A stretch of 57,051 bases of DNA, from the NCBI GenBank assembly GCA_018398765.1, contig JAHBMJ010000104.1, forward strand, positions 1-57,051, in the 5' to 3' direction. Below the pieces are notes generated by a model. That model was given only the letters and a program-made list of their open reading frames with translations. It was not told the DNA's origin and searched no databases. The stretch's first letter is position 1. Each line of letters starts with the position of its first letter. The translations under genes and the position numbers were made by a program. Origin of the DNA: Chromera velia (taxonomy: Eukaryota). Of the stretch, positions 1 through 12,699 are shown piece by piece.

Positions 1-705
1 TTCTTGCCTGCTTGACTGCCCTCTAGCTTTCGGCCTTTCTGTCTGGCTAAATGCCTTCCTAATTTCAGCCTTTCCGCCCACCCTATTGCCTTCCTAATTT
101 CGGCCTTCGCCACGCTCCCAATTTTGGTCTTCCTGCCTGCCCGATTGCCTTCCCAATTTCGGCCTTCTTGCCTGCTTGACTGCCTTCCAGAGTTTTGCAT
201 TCCTGCCATGCTGACTGCTTTCCCATTTCGGCCTTCTTGCCTGCCTGACTGCCCTCCAAATTTCGGTCTTTCTGTCTGCCTCAATGCTTTCTAAATTTCG
301 GCCTTTCTGTCTGCCTGACTGACTTCGCAATTTCGGCCTTCCTGCCTATCTGGTTGGCTTCCCAATTTCGGCTTTCCTGCCTGCCTGATTGCCTTCCTTA
401 TTTTAGCCTTCCTTCCTGCCCAAGTTTCCTCCTAATGCTTCCTAATTTCGGTCATTCTGCTTGCCCGATGGCCTTCCCAATTTTGTTTTTCCTGCTGGCC
501 CGACTGTCTTCCCAAGTTCGGCCTTCTTGTATGTCTGACTGCCTCCTAGAGTTCGTTCTTTCTGCCTACATGCCTGCTTTCCAATTTTAGTTTTCTTGGC
601 GGCCTGACTGCCTTCTAATTTTGGCCTTCCTACCCGCTTGATTGCCTTCCCGATTTCGGCCTTCCTGCCCGTCCGATTGCTTTCCCAATTTCGGTCTTCC
701 TGCTT
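1..705. repeat. Degenerate tandem satellite, ~35-bp unit (consensus about AATTTCGGCCTTCCTGCCTGCCTGACTGCCTTCCC), running off the window start
   Basis: AATTT(C/T)GG recurs at ~35-bp spacing (e.g. 120 and 155) for about 20 units. The short ORFs here are translations of the repeat. Confidence 0.9.
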
Positions 706-1774
706 TTATGTATCATTCTGATGCAAATTAAAGATACAGGTTGTGTTTGCATGTATGCTTTTATGTGTATTCTGGCGATTCGACTGACTTTCTGTTTGTG
801 TGCATGTATTTCTGCAGGTGGCATTCACGGGTGTGTTTGATATATACTGAGATGCCCCCCCCCCCCCCCCCNCCCCCCCCTACCCCTGACACGCCCGCCG
901 TTGAGCAGTACCTCATATGAATTGAAAACAAAACCTAAAACAAAACTTATTACAAAAGAGTTATGATCATGAGAAGAAATGCTTCAATCAGATCGATTCA
1001 GAGCCATTCAGATATATTTTTTATTATGTTTTCGTCTTAGCGTTAATTTACGATGATAGGTACCAGACAATTTATAGTTTTGAAAAAGTATATACTCTAT
1101 ATATACATTTTTTTATTTTATTTTTTAAACATCTTACTAAGCTTAAATAGTTTTAAATAAATTATGAAAATCAATTAGTTTAAAGGTTAAACTATCTGTT
1201 TTAATGTTTTAAAAACTAAATTTTTTAAAGTCACTTTCCAGTACAAAAGTTTTAATTGTCAGTACAGTCAGTTGGAGGTCAATAAACCGGAAGCGGTAGT
1301 CGTTACGGAGGTAAAGAGGCAGCTAGCAGGTGGCCTGGCCTTAAGACGTGAAAACCTCTTTTGAGAGGACGTGTTCACCTTCGAGGTTGTCAGATTTGTT
1401 GCATCACACTTGCATGGTGCCTATAAATATAGCGTGGCGGCCCATAAGAGTGTTGGTGGAGGCGAGTTATACCAATTGTATACCATTTTTGGTCGTCAAC
1501 ACGCTACTGAGATGCTATTGAGGCCAATGGCAATCCGTCTTTCCAGTTTTATCATTTAAAAAAGCATGGCTGCCCTTTAGTATCTCACTTAAACCATAGA
1601 TAACTTAATTTACAACATATATGTAAATGACTCTCAAATCTGGTTAGACCGTATAAATGAACGAACAAATAACTCAAAATGCTTTAAAAAATGCTTATTA
1701 TCATAAATAAATTTTTTAAACTATGGTTTTGAATTATGCTTTTAATAAATTATCTCTACAGCCTTTACCAAACT

Positions 1775-1860
1775 TTTTACCGGTGGCCGGCCACTCTACC
1801 GGTAATTACCGGTTGACCGGTAATCAGCTCGCTTTACCACCGGAAAAATCGGTAACCCTG
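1775..1860. mobile_element. Probable single terminus of a DNA transposon (hAT-like); other end not visible
   Basis: Clustered ACCGGT(AA) palindromic motifs end in CGGTAACCCTG (reverse complement CAGGGTTACCG). AT-rich sequence lies to the left, and the junction abruptly cuts the decayed ORF to the right. No partner TIR was found before the poly-C/N junction at ~872. Confidence 0.45.
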
Positions 1861-3140
1861 CTTCTGTTGATCACTGTCGCCTCTTCTTCCCAACTCTCCT
1901 CCTGTGGGTCTTCTTTTTCTTTCGACTTCATGCATGCAGACTCAGAGTCTTTCTCTGTTGGCACGTGCATGCCGTATTGCAGGCACTTGCATCCTTTTAA
2001 TGACCCCGTACTTGAATTGACTTCTGTTGAGGTTGCAATTAGTTCGATCATGTCTCCAAGGCCAGCTGCTTAGACAGATGTGCGTGCCATCTCTACGCTT
2101 CTCGCACTGAGTGTGCTTGCAGAGGATGTCCGACTTGGCGTCTTGACTGAGAGTCTCCTTCTGACTCCGAACTCCGCTCCCTCACCCTATATCCTTTTCC
2201 TTCCCTCCTTCTTTCGGTTTGTCTCCTCTCTTCCCTCTCCTTTTCTTTTTTTTTCTGCTTGCTTCTGTCCTGGCCTTTGATTTTGCTACTTGCTCATTGT
2301 TGTCCGTCTGTTCTGAACCTTTTCTGTTTTCTTCTGTCAGTCCCATTTGTCTCTGTCCTTTGTCGTATCCTTCACTGAATTTTTGACTCTGTCTCTCTCT
2401 CACTCAGTTATTTTCTTCTTTCTTCTTTTCCACAGTTCTTCTTTCCATTGCTCTATCAATCTTTTCTTCAATCAATCTGCCAATCTTTCTTTCAATCAGT
2501 TTGTCAATCTATATTTTATACATTTCGTTTGCCGTTTATTTATTCTTGCTGCTGCTTGTTTCTCTCTCTTTCACTCTGCTTTTTTCTTCTTCATCTACTT
2601 AGGCTACCCTGATCCACGGTGAAAGACGAACTTGAACAGGCAGAGCTTGTGTAGTACCCCAGAGACTCAATGTGCGGAAGTCTGCTGGTTTAGCTAAGAT
2701 AATCTCAGGCAGGCCCACCGTAAACACCCATTCGTTCCAGTCCTTCAACACTTTGAAGCAGCCAGTGGACAGATCGAAAATCTCTACCCCCTCTCCCTAG
2801 GACCGAATATGAACTACCCTGCCAGGTTTGTCTGCACACCAGATGGGAGTAAACATGACCCGGTATGGCCCGTTCGGACGAACATTTGCCGCCCCAGTTG
2901 TAATGAAGCCTTGCGCTGGTGCTTTGTTTCCAAATCCTCGTTGCTGCTGACTGGTGTGCCGATCGAAGCCGAGCTGAGTCCACGGACGACTCCTCTCAAA
3001 GGCCAGTTCACTTTGCTAACCATCTACTCCATCACATGAACTCTGCCAGTCTCTATGAACCATCAGTCTAACAACTGAAGGTAGATGGTTCGAGCCCGCA
3101 CCTGGAAGAGCACCACCGAGAAGTTTCGTGGTGTGTACTC
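1861..3140 (-). pseudogene. Decayed intronless ORF with a coiled-coil, basic and Cys/His-rich C-terminus, possibly a TE ORF1/gag-like remnant
   Basis: One minus frame reads through scattered stops as protein-like sequence: ...GPYRVMFTPIWCADKPGRVVHIRS*GEGVEIFDLSTGCFKVLKDWNEWVF...IDKLIERKIGRLIEEKIDRAMERR...RKKKKRRGKRG...CKHTQCEKRRDGTHICLSSWPWRH. It includes track ORF 2182-2403. Confidence 0.5.
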
Positions 3141-3776
3141 AGTTCTAGGCAAGAGATGAGAGATTGTACGATGGAGTCAGCTTTACATAGGAGTTGATTG
3201 TTCCTACTTCGGAGATTCTGTCTGTTCTGCCTCACTTTGTACTTCTGTACTTTGATTGATCAAACTTTTTCTGTCTAATTCAAATGCATGCATGCACTTT
3301 GATCGATCTGCATTCGAGACTTATCTGGTTAGGGACGTAATGCACCTGCCTTGATTCTTCTGTTTTCGCTCTGCATGCACGCGTTCTCCCGTGCTTTGGT
3401 CAATCAGTCAGTCAGGCGGCGGCGGGAGACTGAGATATCGGACCCAACAGGGCCAAACTTCTCACTGGCACAAAATCGGATTATATTTTACGGAGCGTAT
3501 TTTTTAAACTCACTCTATATACAGATAATAGCCAGATATAGAGAGATAAAATAAAAAAAAATATACATTACTACTCCTTGTCTAGTTTATTTAAGCCTCA
3601 TTACGCAAAATTACGTAAAAAAGCTGAGAAATTGGTGTAAAAACTAGTAGCAAAGACTTGAACCCAACCAATTTAATAAGTAACATTTCAGACGTGTACA
3701 GACGTGTCTAGGCGTGCGGTAGGTTAGAGAAATGACAGGGATGCTCGTTTAGTCCAGGGTGCAGATTTACTTCATG

Positions 3777-3889
3777 CACACACACACACACACACACACA
3801 CGCGCGCACACGCACACGTACACGTACACACACCTGCACAGACTGTCACACACACGCACACGCACACGCACACGCACCTGCACAGACTG

Positions 3890-3923
<34 letters not shown>

Positions 3924-3932
3924 GCACACACA

Positions 3933-3971
<39 letters not shown>

Positions 3972-4020
3972 GCACGCACGCACGCACGCACGCACACGCG
4001 CGCGTCCGCACACGCACACA
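3777..4020. repeat. Compound (CA)n/(CT)n/(CACG)n microsatellite
   Basis: Directly visible. The overlapping HT/CV-rich ORFs are artefacts. Confidence 0.95.
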
Positions 4021-4559
4021 AGAATCGATTGATCAATCAATCAACAGGTTGATAGAAGTAATTGAAGTCAAAAGACGATTGGATTTTGAAACCTGGAAAG
4101 AAAGTAATTGGTCTTTTTGTATGTGTGGGAAGGTAAAGTTTCTCTTCAGTGAGTCGCCACTTCTTGAAGTCTTCTTCTGAGGGTCTTTCAGACGTGCGTT
4201 GACAGGAACTTCGCCTTATAGCTAGCGCATGCTTTCAATGCACGCATGCACTGGCGCACCCCTGGTACCTGATTGCTTTCAATTTCGGGTCGTTTTCTAA
4301 TTGAATGCATGGGTCAAAAGTCCAGACAGACCCCTTTGCCTCATTCGTTACGGTGGTGGTGGTAGTGGCTCTTGCCCTCCTCCGGCCGCTCTTCCATGCA
4401 GGCTGCCTCCCTCCCCGGGAGACTCTTCTTCTCAGTGGTTATCGGTAATGTGATTGGATCCCCTAGGTCGGTTTGGCTCTGCATGCTCCCCCCAAGACTT
4501 TTCAATTTCATTTTTTCGATTCGACGGGACTCTCCTGAGCTCTGTCTCTGGCTCTGTGT

Positions 4560-7077
4560 CTATTTGAGGGGAACGAAGGTGAGAGCCAGCACCGCAGCGG
4601 CGAGGAAGACCGTGAAGGAAGGAACGGCAGACCGGTTGGAGCCTGCCCTCATACGGGCACGCATCGCGGCCTGCAGAGAGGAATTAAGGCAGGGGCGAAA
4701 ACAGACACGAGACAAGACGAGACGGACAATTCGATCAATTCACTCACACACGCCCGCACACACAAACACACACTCACACATGCAAACGATGGCTTGAATG
4801 AAGAGCCGTGGCAGTTTGCTTCCTGGGCAGTTTTTTCAATGCGTGAAGTCAATTCGACAGATCAAAGAAACGACATCTACTCAACCTCTTCAGTTGGTTT
4901 CTATGCTCCTCTTCTCTTCCCCATGAGTTTTTTTCCAGCGTGCGACTCGACGTCTACATTCGTTCCCTCAGTTGCTTGCTGCAATGATAGAAAGTCCTTT
5001 CACTGTCTCTTCTCTAGTAGAATCCCTACTCTTTTTCTGCTGTCTTTCTTTATGACTGACCTGTTCCTCCCTTTCCCTCTTCTCCTCCTGTTCCTCCTGG
5101 ATCTTCTGTTGCTTCTTCTGTTCCTTCTCATACCTTGCGGGATTCTGCAAAGGAACAGAAATGAAGGAAGAGCAACAAAACAAAGGAAGATAACAGAACC
5201 AAGTGGAAGGAAAGAGGTGAACAGAAAAAAGGGTGCAAGCAGACGGTGGGAGATGGCTTGCAGGACTTTTGTTAATCTTGTCACCTCCCTCCCCCTTCTT
5301 GGAAATTTAAGCAGCAGCTCACACTCACTATATCTGTATATTTTGCAGCCAGATTTTCATCCTCAAAGTGCATACAAAGCCGCAGGGATCAGCTTAGAAA
5401 AGGACCTCTGTGTGATCGTGATGGGTTGTCTGTTTTCCGTATCACTTCCTCCTCAGCAAAGAGAGTGACGAACCAACCCACCTTGATTCTTAGCTGTTCC
5501 ATCTTCACGTTCCCCATCTCGTGCACGGTTTCCTGAGGCAAAAGAAAAAATCAGAAAGAAAGAAAGAAAGAGAGAGAGAGCGGCTCACACAATTATGGAC
5601 CTAGGTCTCTCTCCTACCTCCTCTGTGAGTAAGAACAAGCGATAGATGCATCGGAGGGAAAGAGGACCTGCTCTTTTGGCCTTGCCGTCCTCCCCTTCAT
5701 CTTATCCAATCAACATAGAAATACTGCCACCAGCGACATACACGAGCAAGGCAGCCAATCCTTTGCTTGTCGTGGTTTGTTTCTGTTTCTATACTCGAAA
5801 GAGAAAACATGTTACCGACAAGCCTCCGATGGGCACCTCAACGAATGACCGACTGGCTGATGACTGACTAAGTGACGGAGAAACAAACAGGTAGACAGAA
5901 ACATACCTGATCCTCACTAAAGTCGACAATACAGAGGATCTTGAACCGTTCTCCGAATTGGTAGAATTTGTTTTCGCATTTTTCTGCAAGAAGGGAAACA
6001 AATTCACAGGAAAAAATGTCCAGAAAATCTGACACCTGAATTATGACGCATTCGGATGTCGAGTGAGGATGCTAGATCTTCTTCTGAGAGGCAGTCTACC
6101 AGATCTCTCGCTCTCGCACTCACGCACACACGCACACATACGCCCTCATACAGATGCACAGGGAGCCAGGATATGTCCTCTGAATCATAACTTTGAAAGC
6201 AAAGGAAGGCATAACTTTGAAGGACAAAATGGAGAAATTGAAAGTCAGCTCCAACCCTTCGAAGGTCACTCACCCTTTCCGTCTGTAATCTTGGGTCCGT
6301 ACTGTTCTCTCAGTTGTTGAAGAGCTGCCATGTCCACCTGCATGGAGTAATGGAGGCATTTGTCCAGGCGTACATTGGAATATGGATGGAATGTTTTTGT
6401 TCAAAGTGGGAAATCTAGAGACGGGGGAGGAGGAAAGCCGGGTTCACAAAGCGACACAGGAGAAAGAACAGGCAACTGCACAAGGGAGAAAGGGGTTAGC
6501 AAGCTATCTAACATCGTCTGTAAGAACAATAGAATACAGATTTGATATCGGGAAAGCAGCGTCGTATCCGTTATGCGGTCGCAGTAGTGATGGGTGCAAA
6601 CGCGTAACCATACTGCTTTTCGTCGGTCATGCTGCTAACTGCCTGCCTGCCTGCCTGACTGACTGACTGACTGACTGACTGACTGACTGACGGACCGTTT
6701 TGAGGACAGTCAGCCAGTCCTTCTCGGCGTATCGTTTCGTTTGGAGTTTCACCTTTTCTTCTCGCTGGTTGCCTGCAACCGCCACTCAGCGAATGTATTT
6801 TTAGACAGTTGAAACTCAGACGCATACACGCTGTAGAAGTTGTCTGTCGAACTTGCAGGAAAAGGGACAAAGACAGAACGTAGGAGATAAAAACTTCGTG
6901 AAGCGCTCCATTTTCCCGGTAAAGGCAGAAAAGGGCTGTGTGTCGACTCACAGGCAGGTTTCTTCTCGCATTGTGACCAGCAGACGTTGCCAAAGGCAAT
7001 GTTGGCTGCAAGCAGATAGACATGTACAGACACAGACGCTCACACAAATGTACGCATACACACACAAACACAGAAAA

Positions 7078-7126
<49 letters not shown>

Positions 7127-7157
7127 GAAGAAAGAAAGAAAGAAAGAAAGAAAGGAA

Positions 7158-7202
<45 letters not shown>

Positions 7203-10200
7203 GGAGAAGCAGAGAAAGAAAGAAAGAAAGAAAGAGAGAAAGAGCTATAAACCAGTTCCGCTTCCATAGGACCGCTTTATTCCTGCAGAACAGGACAAGC
7301 TGAGGGACCAAGAAACAGGGGGTTTTGTGTCTAGCACATAGACACGAACAACAGAGAAAAGCAAAGACTGCTTGCGTGAATTGAAGAGGAGCAAAGACGC
7401 ATGACCAGACGTAAACAGCGAAACAGACGACACATAGACAGGTAGACGCACAGTCAGACAGCCAGACAGAGAGACAGACAGACTGCGACGCACAGAGGCA
7501 GACCACTGACCTTCCTGGCATGTGTGGATGTCACTCGCACGAGTGGATCGAGAGAATGTGTCGAAGAAGGGACTCGCTGCAGCATCATTTCATTCCATTT
7601 GGTTTCAGGCAATCGTACGGAAACAGATAACAGAAAAAAACCACACTGTGATGAGAAAAACAAGTGCTACGTACTTCGTCGTTACTTAGGACAGGAAAGA
7701 CTGACACGAAGCCAGACACAGCATGCAGGTGTTTACCTGGGGGTCATGCAAAGATCGAAGAGGATTGTCTGCATGGGTAGACTCATGTGAAAGCATTAAA
7801 AAAGAAGAGTTAATGCTGAAGTTCTGGAAGGAAGACCCATTCACCCACCCACCGACCCTCAGTCATTACAGATCCAGGTTGGGTGACGGCATTTTCTTCT
7901 GCCTTTGCCTTCTTCTTTTTCTTCTCTTCCTCCTCTTTCTCGGGGTCTCCCTCCTTGAATTTTGGGGGCTGGGGCTCGTCGTTGTTCAGCACCACGTTTC
8001 CTGTACAGACACGTACAGTCAAAGACACGCACAAATGCGGATCTGCGTGCAGCTCTTGTCTGTGGGAGAGGGAGAGACAGGCAGGCAGTCAGACAGACAG
8101 ACGAATCGCAACTGAAACACACGTCCCTGTCAGGTTCTCATCGAGGAACGTCTAGAGCTCGACCTTCAGCATATGCAATAACACCCACACAATAACACCC
8201 CTCTCTGACTGAATGACTGAATGACTGTCTGTGCCTGAAGGAAATCCTTCCACTTTCATCCCCCCTTGTCCTGAATTCCCTAGCTCTCCATGCAGCTTGC
8301 AAGGTCTTTCAAGCGAAACGAGGAACGTAGATCCAAACAAGGAAGGTTTGAGCAAGGAAAGCCACAACCCCATTAGAAGAAGGAAATGGATTTCTGCAAT
8401 CAAAGAAAACTTACCCGAACCCGTTGCTGTCGGCCCAACGTTCTGTACGAAGAAAGGCACAACGTCCACAAACGATGAGGGAGGTATAAAAGAGAACACA
8501 GCGGCTCAACAGCAGGCAACATTGAGTCAGCCAGCGATCACAAACAGAGAGGAAGCGCGAGAGATCGAAGCAATGGTGGAGGAAAACAAAAGAAGTGGAG
8601 AAGAGGATTTGGGGGGGGGGGTCAGAATGGAAAGGTATTGCTGCAGGATTTTCGGACTTGTCCGTCTGTCTTCTGCCTTGCTTCCTGTCTCTGTTTGTTC
8701 ATTGCACGGAGTGGAGGAGGCGCGGCTGCTGAGTGCTTCTCTAGTTCAATAAACGTCTAACTGTACTTTCTTCTGTCTATCTATCTATCTGTCTGTCTGT
8801 CTGTCTCTCTGTCTATCTATCCATTTATCTATGTATCTATCTGCCACTGTCTGACATGAAGAGTTCAGTATGCCTTTGGCTCCCTCTGTCCCCATTTTCC
8901 TTCCTCTTTCTGAAGCGCCCTCTGACCGGCTGTGCGTCCTGGTAGGGGTCCTGGTGGAAGGTGTGGGGGGGCGGGCATACGCAGGGAGAGACGGAGAGGT
9001 TTGCATCCACACAGAGAGAGGGAGGGGGACAGAAAAAAAAGAGGGGTAAGAAGGTTAAGGGTGATCGGGGCAAAGGATCTGTGATCTCATGAACTCGATT
9101 CGAAAGAGAAACTGGAGAGGCATGCATGCAGGGTTGCTTTTTCCTCCCAACGATTCAACCTTGCAAGCAGGGAGGTATCGCCGAAAATCTTTTCAATTGT
9201 ATCCCCCCGACTTTGGTCGTCTGATGCAGAAGGAACGTATTCTCGACTTTTCCTGTCTTCATCGAAGTGTCTTATCTGCAGTCCTACTCCCTTCTCTTTT
9301 TTGACGCCGACCGACCGCAATGGGCTGCTGTGCACCGTACGGCTGTTGGCCTCCGTACGGGTCCATTGGCTGCTGAGGGGCTCCATAGGGATCTCCCTGC
9401 AAGCAGGAAGGCATGAGGAGAAGACGGAAAGACAGGCTCTCTGTGTCTGCTCGTTCACAGACGGAGGCAGGGCTCTCTGTGTCTGTCTCCACGAAACACT
9501 CTGAGCACTCTGAGATCGTCGAGTTCCTTTCACACGAAATTCAATACAGCAAGGCGTAAGTGAATCTTTTTGTCCGAATAAGTAAAGGATTTCTGGTCGG
9601 TCGGAGTCCACAGCATCCCTCTGCTTCACTATACTCCGGCAGTTCGGACTTCCATACCAATGGCAACATTTTCAAGTGCCCTGAATCAGTGCTGTGCTTT
9701 TGCTCTCACAGTATGGGGCTCGATGGCAAAGAAAACAGAACGTCTGGAAAAGAAAAACTTCGACGGCAATTCAGACAGCCCACAGAAAGAATCTCACAAA
9801 TTCCTCCCATCCGCTGGTCTGTTAGCATTCTCAGAATGGCACTGTATGAAGCACAATAGAAAAACAAACCACTGCTGGCCTACCTGTGCGGGGGGGTATC
9901 CGCCTCCGTACGGATCAGGAGAAGGCCCCCCTCCTCCTCCTGGCATCCCGTTTGGCGTCATGTAGGGGCCAGAGGGGTGGACGGGAGTGCTTGGGTCCGC
10001 AGGCTGGGCCGGGTAGGCTTTTTGTTTCTCTGCAAGGAGGGGAAGTGGAAGAGCATTGACAGGAGAGCCTTTCTGCCGAGAAATACTGATCGTGTGATCT
10101 TTTAGTTGTGCGTGTTTGTCAGCACTGGTATTTTTTTATGTCCGTGTCTGTGCATAAGTGTGTGCATGAAAAAGTAAATATGAAAGTTGATGCTCTGTGT

Positions 10201-11661
10201 ATGGGGGNNNNNNNNNNNNNNNNNNNNNNNNNNNNNNNNNNNNNNNNNNNNNNNNNNNNNNNNNNNNNNNNNNNNNNNNNNNNNNNNNNNNNNNNNNNNN
10301 NNNNNNNNNNNNNNNNNNNNNNGGGGGGGGGGGGGCAAGAGAGAGAGAGAGAGAGAGAGGAGGCCAAGCATGTCCGCACTTTTCTTTTTCGTCAAGAAAC
10401 CGCCGATATCCTGAGCCTTCAGTGAATCCTCGCGAGAAGAGACCCGAATACGTGCTTGTACGTTGACTGAGAAGACTGCGAAAAGGGGCTAGCTGCCTAC
10501 TTTGTGTCGATTCCAGTTCCTTCTTTGTGTTTGTCTCCTTTGCATCTCCCTGCTTCAACCTCTTGAGGTCTGCCTCCTTTTTCTGGTTCTGCTCCTCCAG
10601 ATGTTCGTGCTCCTTTACTTTCTCCAACGCCGCTACGGGGGGGGCAGACGGGGTGTCCCCCTCAATTGGACCCTCAGACACTGCAGGCGCACAAATACAT
10701 GTTGTCACAAAGAGATAACTGTCAAGAGAAGTGCTATTCGCTTCGGTCTTTAGGCAGCAACAGACACACAGACAGTCACGCACACACACACACACACACA
10801 CACATACACACACACACATACAGAGAGAGAGGAGGGGGGGGGGAGAGCTTCAGAAAGGAATAAGAGGGTGAAAATGACAAACTGAGAGAAAATGCAGGGA
10901 GAACTCAGAAGAGGAGGCAGGGAACGATGAAAGAAAATAAACACTCGCAGGTCCCCCATTTTGCATGCAAACTCCGGGAGAGCGTGTTGGCACACAGAGA
11001 GACTCAAACAGCGGCGGCCCCTCGAGTCCAAAACTGTCATGCATGCGCCCTGATAGAAGTATATGTATATATATATATATATATATATGCTCTAATGCGT
11101 TGCAGTTGGTGCGAGTAATGACGACATGTTGGTCGACGGGCAGCTATTCTTGCCGGCCACTCTCTGACATTCTTGCGAGTGACTCACTGACAATTTGTGT
11201 GCGGGCTTTGTTTGCTCTTGCCTCCTTTCTCTTTCTGCTCTTCCTGTTGTAGCACGTTCTTGTTCAAGGCAGAGCGCACAATCTGACCATCCTGCAAGAG
11301 GGAATTTGGAAATGATATGAATGAGGGCTTCCTTTATGCACATGCACTTAGCAACTGTATCGGTAAAAGGATTCTCACAGCGCAGACGAAGGTGCTACCG
11401 GGCCCGACAGTATGAGGATTTTCCGCATGCAGAATTCGTCCGAGAGGACACCCACCCTCTCGTATACAGCCTGTAGGACTCCCAAAGGCAGTTTCGGCTC
11501 TCACTTTTGAACCCGACATGCATACTTGAGTCGTATGTACAGTCAGTCACCTGGTTCCTTCGGTTCTTCACGGCGTCTGCGTGCGGCAGAACGAGAGCCA
11601 AGAGGGCGAAGAGCCCTGCGAGCCGCAAATTGAACTTTGCGGCTGTTCCGTGAGGCTTCAT
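4560..11661 (-). CDS. Multi-exon gene for a putative secreted, GPI-anchored surface protein (~410 aa) with Pro/Gly/Tyr/Gln repeats and charged helices
   Basis: Phase-consistent GT-AG model with exons 11661-11551, 11291-11192, 10680-10501, 10029-9884, 9396-9316, 8950-8927, 8442-8415, 8000-7857, 7768-7737, 6337-6274, 5983-5907, 5532-5482, 5144-5061 and 4670-4560 (1233 nt). N-terminal signal peptide LAGLFALLALVLPHADA; DPYGG/PYGA repeats; hydrophobic C-terminal tail SAVPSFTVFLAAAVLALTFVPLK*. Extra exons between 7737 and 6337 are possible. Alternative ATG at 11670. Confidence 0.75.
7078..7240. repeat. Intronic (GAAA)n microsatellite
   Basis: Directly visible. It produces the spurious SFFL/RKKE ORFs. 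Confidence 0.95.
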
Positions 11662-11670
11662 GCCCCGCAT

Positions 11671-12699
11671 TTCATGGAACTGCAAGAGAGTGATCAACGG
11701 TCGAGAAGAAGACCTGCGTGGTGGTTGGCCTGACGCTTTCTTATGTGGAGTTTGCTGAGAGTCGTACAAGTTCGCGCGTGGCGTGTGTCACTGAATCGCC
11801 ACAATGGGAGGACCCTAAATCAATCGAAGGACTTTCGACGAATGCCGTCTGGTCTTACATAGATCGATCGAATCTGCACTAGCTGTCTGGATCGACAGCA
11901 GCCACATGGAAGAGCTGAATATATATATTCGCTATAGCTATATATAGCTATATATATATATATAGGTCTCTGCATGTATATACGTATTAATTGCGAGGCA
12001 TGCATGCATGCATCTGCATGGTACCGGTATATAGCCGAGAAGGGCTTTAGACCATGAACAAAGCCTGCATGGGGGGGTCCGACCCACATCGCGGATGCTT
12101 GCGCTTTCGAATCTCTCCGCGCGGGCCCCTCCCCCCCCCAACAAAAGCCTTCAAAGATCTGCATATGATGAATTTAAAAATCAAACTCTTGCATACCGAT
12201 ACGCAGTATTACGCACGAACAAGCGTGTCTCATCAATTCGCACGTGTTGCTCAGTGAGTCACTGCATGAGCGTATGTCTATTGTCTTTCTTCAGACGTAC
12301 ACACGTATGCTTCTGCACAACTCAGGCAGTCAGGTATTCATGAACCAGCGTTCTGTAACTGCAAGGTGGTGATCTGACAGCGAATACCGAAGAGAAGACC
12401 AAGCGGGTGTAAAGACAGGCACTGGCGGGCAAATTCATTCGCGATTTTTAATGATCGGGGCGTTGTCTTGTTGATACATGCACTGCTGGCGTACGTCTCA
12501 TTTGACGACTCACTTGGAGGGTGGCTTATTCGCATTCCTTTAGCTGTACGCGGAGAGTTGCATTTTGGTTGTCTCCTCAACCAGCCTGCCCGTTCCGTCC
12601 TTTTCTCGGAAACGTGATAGACATTTCATTTCTCAGTCGGCACTCACCAAGCTCCTCTTCTTCTTAGTTCTGTTGAGTCACCTCACTGATGCAAAGGGC
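11671..12699. promoter_or_regulatory. Probable bidirectional promoter region with a TGCATGCA cluster
   Basis: ~1 kb between two head-to-head ATGs. GCATGCATGCATGCAT at 11998-12013 follows a TA-rich tract. TGCATGCA is the known ApiAP2-bound element of apicomplexans. Confidence 0.5.

Noticed and set aside
856..880. Poly-C/G tracts (also ~10203-10335, ~26387-26400 and the window end) as functional G-quadruplex elements
   Set aside because: They coincide with Ns or contig ends, so their lengths are unreliable.
3060..3135. tRNA-Val(AAC)-like sequence (TCAGTCTAACAACTGA...GGTTCGAGCCC), possibly permuted
   Set aside because: The anticodon loop is only 6 nt, the T-stem pairs poorly, there is no acceptor stem, and the opposite strand is part of the decayed ORF. 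Likely chance.
6571..7521. 316-aa ORF and other SFFL/CVCV/ERER/LSLS ORFs across the window
   Set aside because: Open only because intronic microsatellites lack stop codons.
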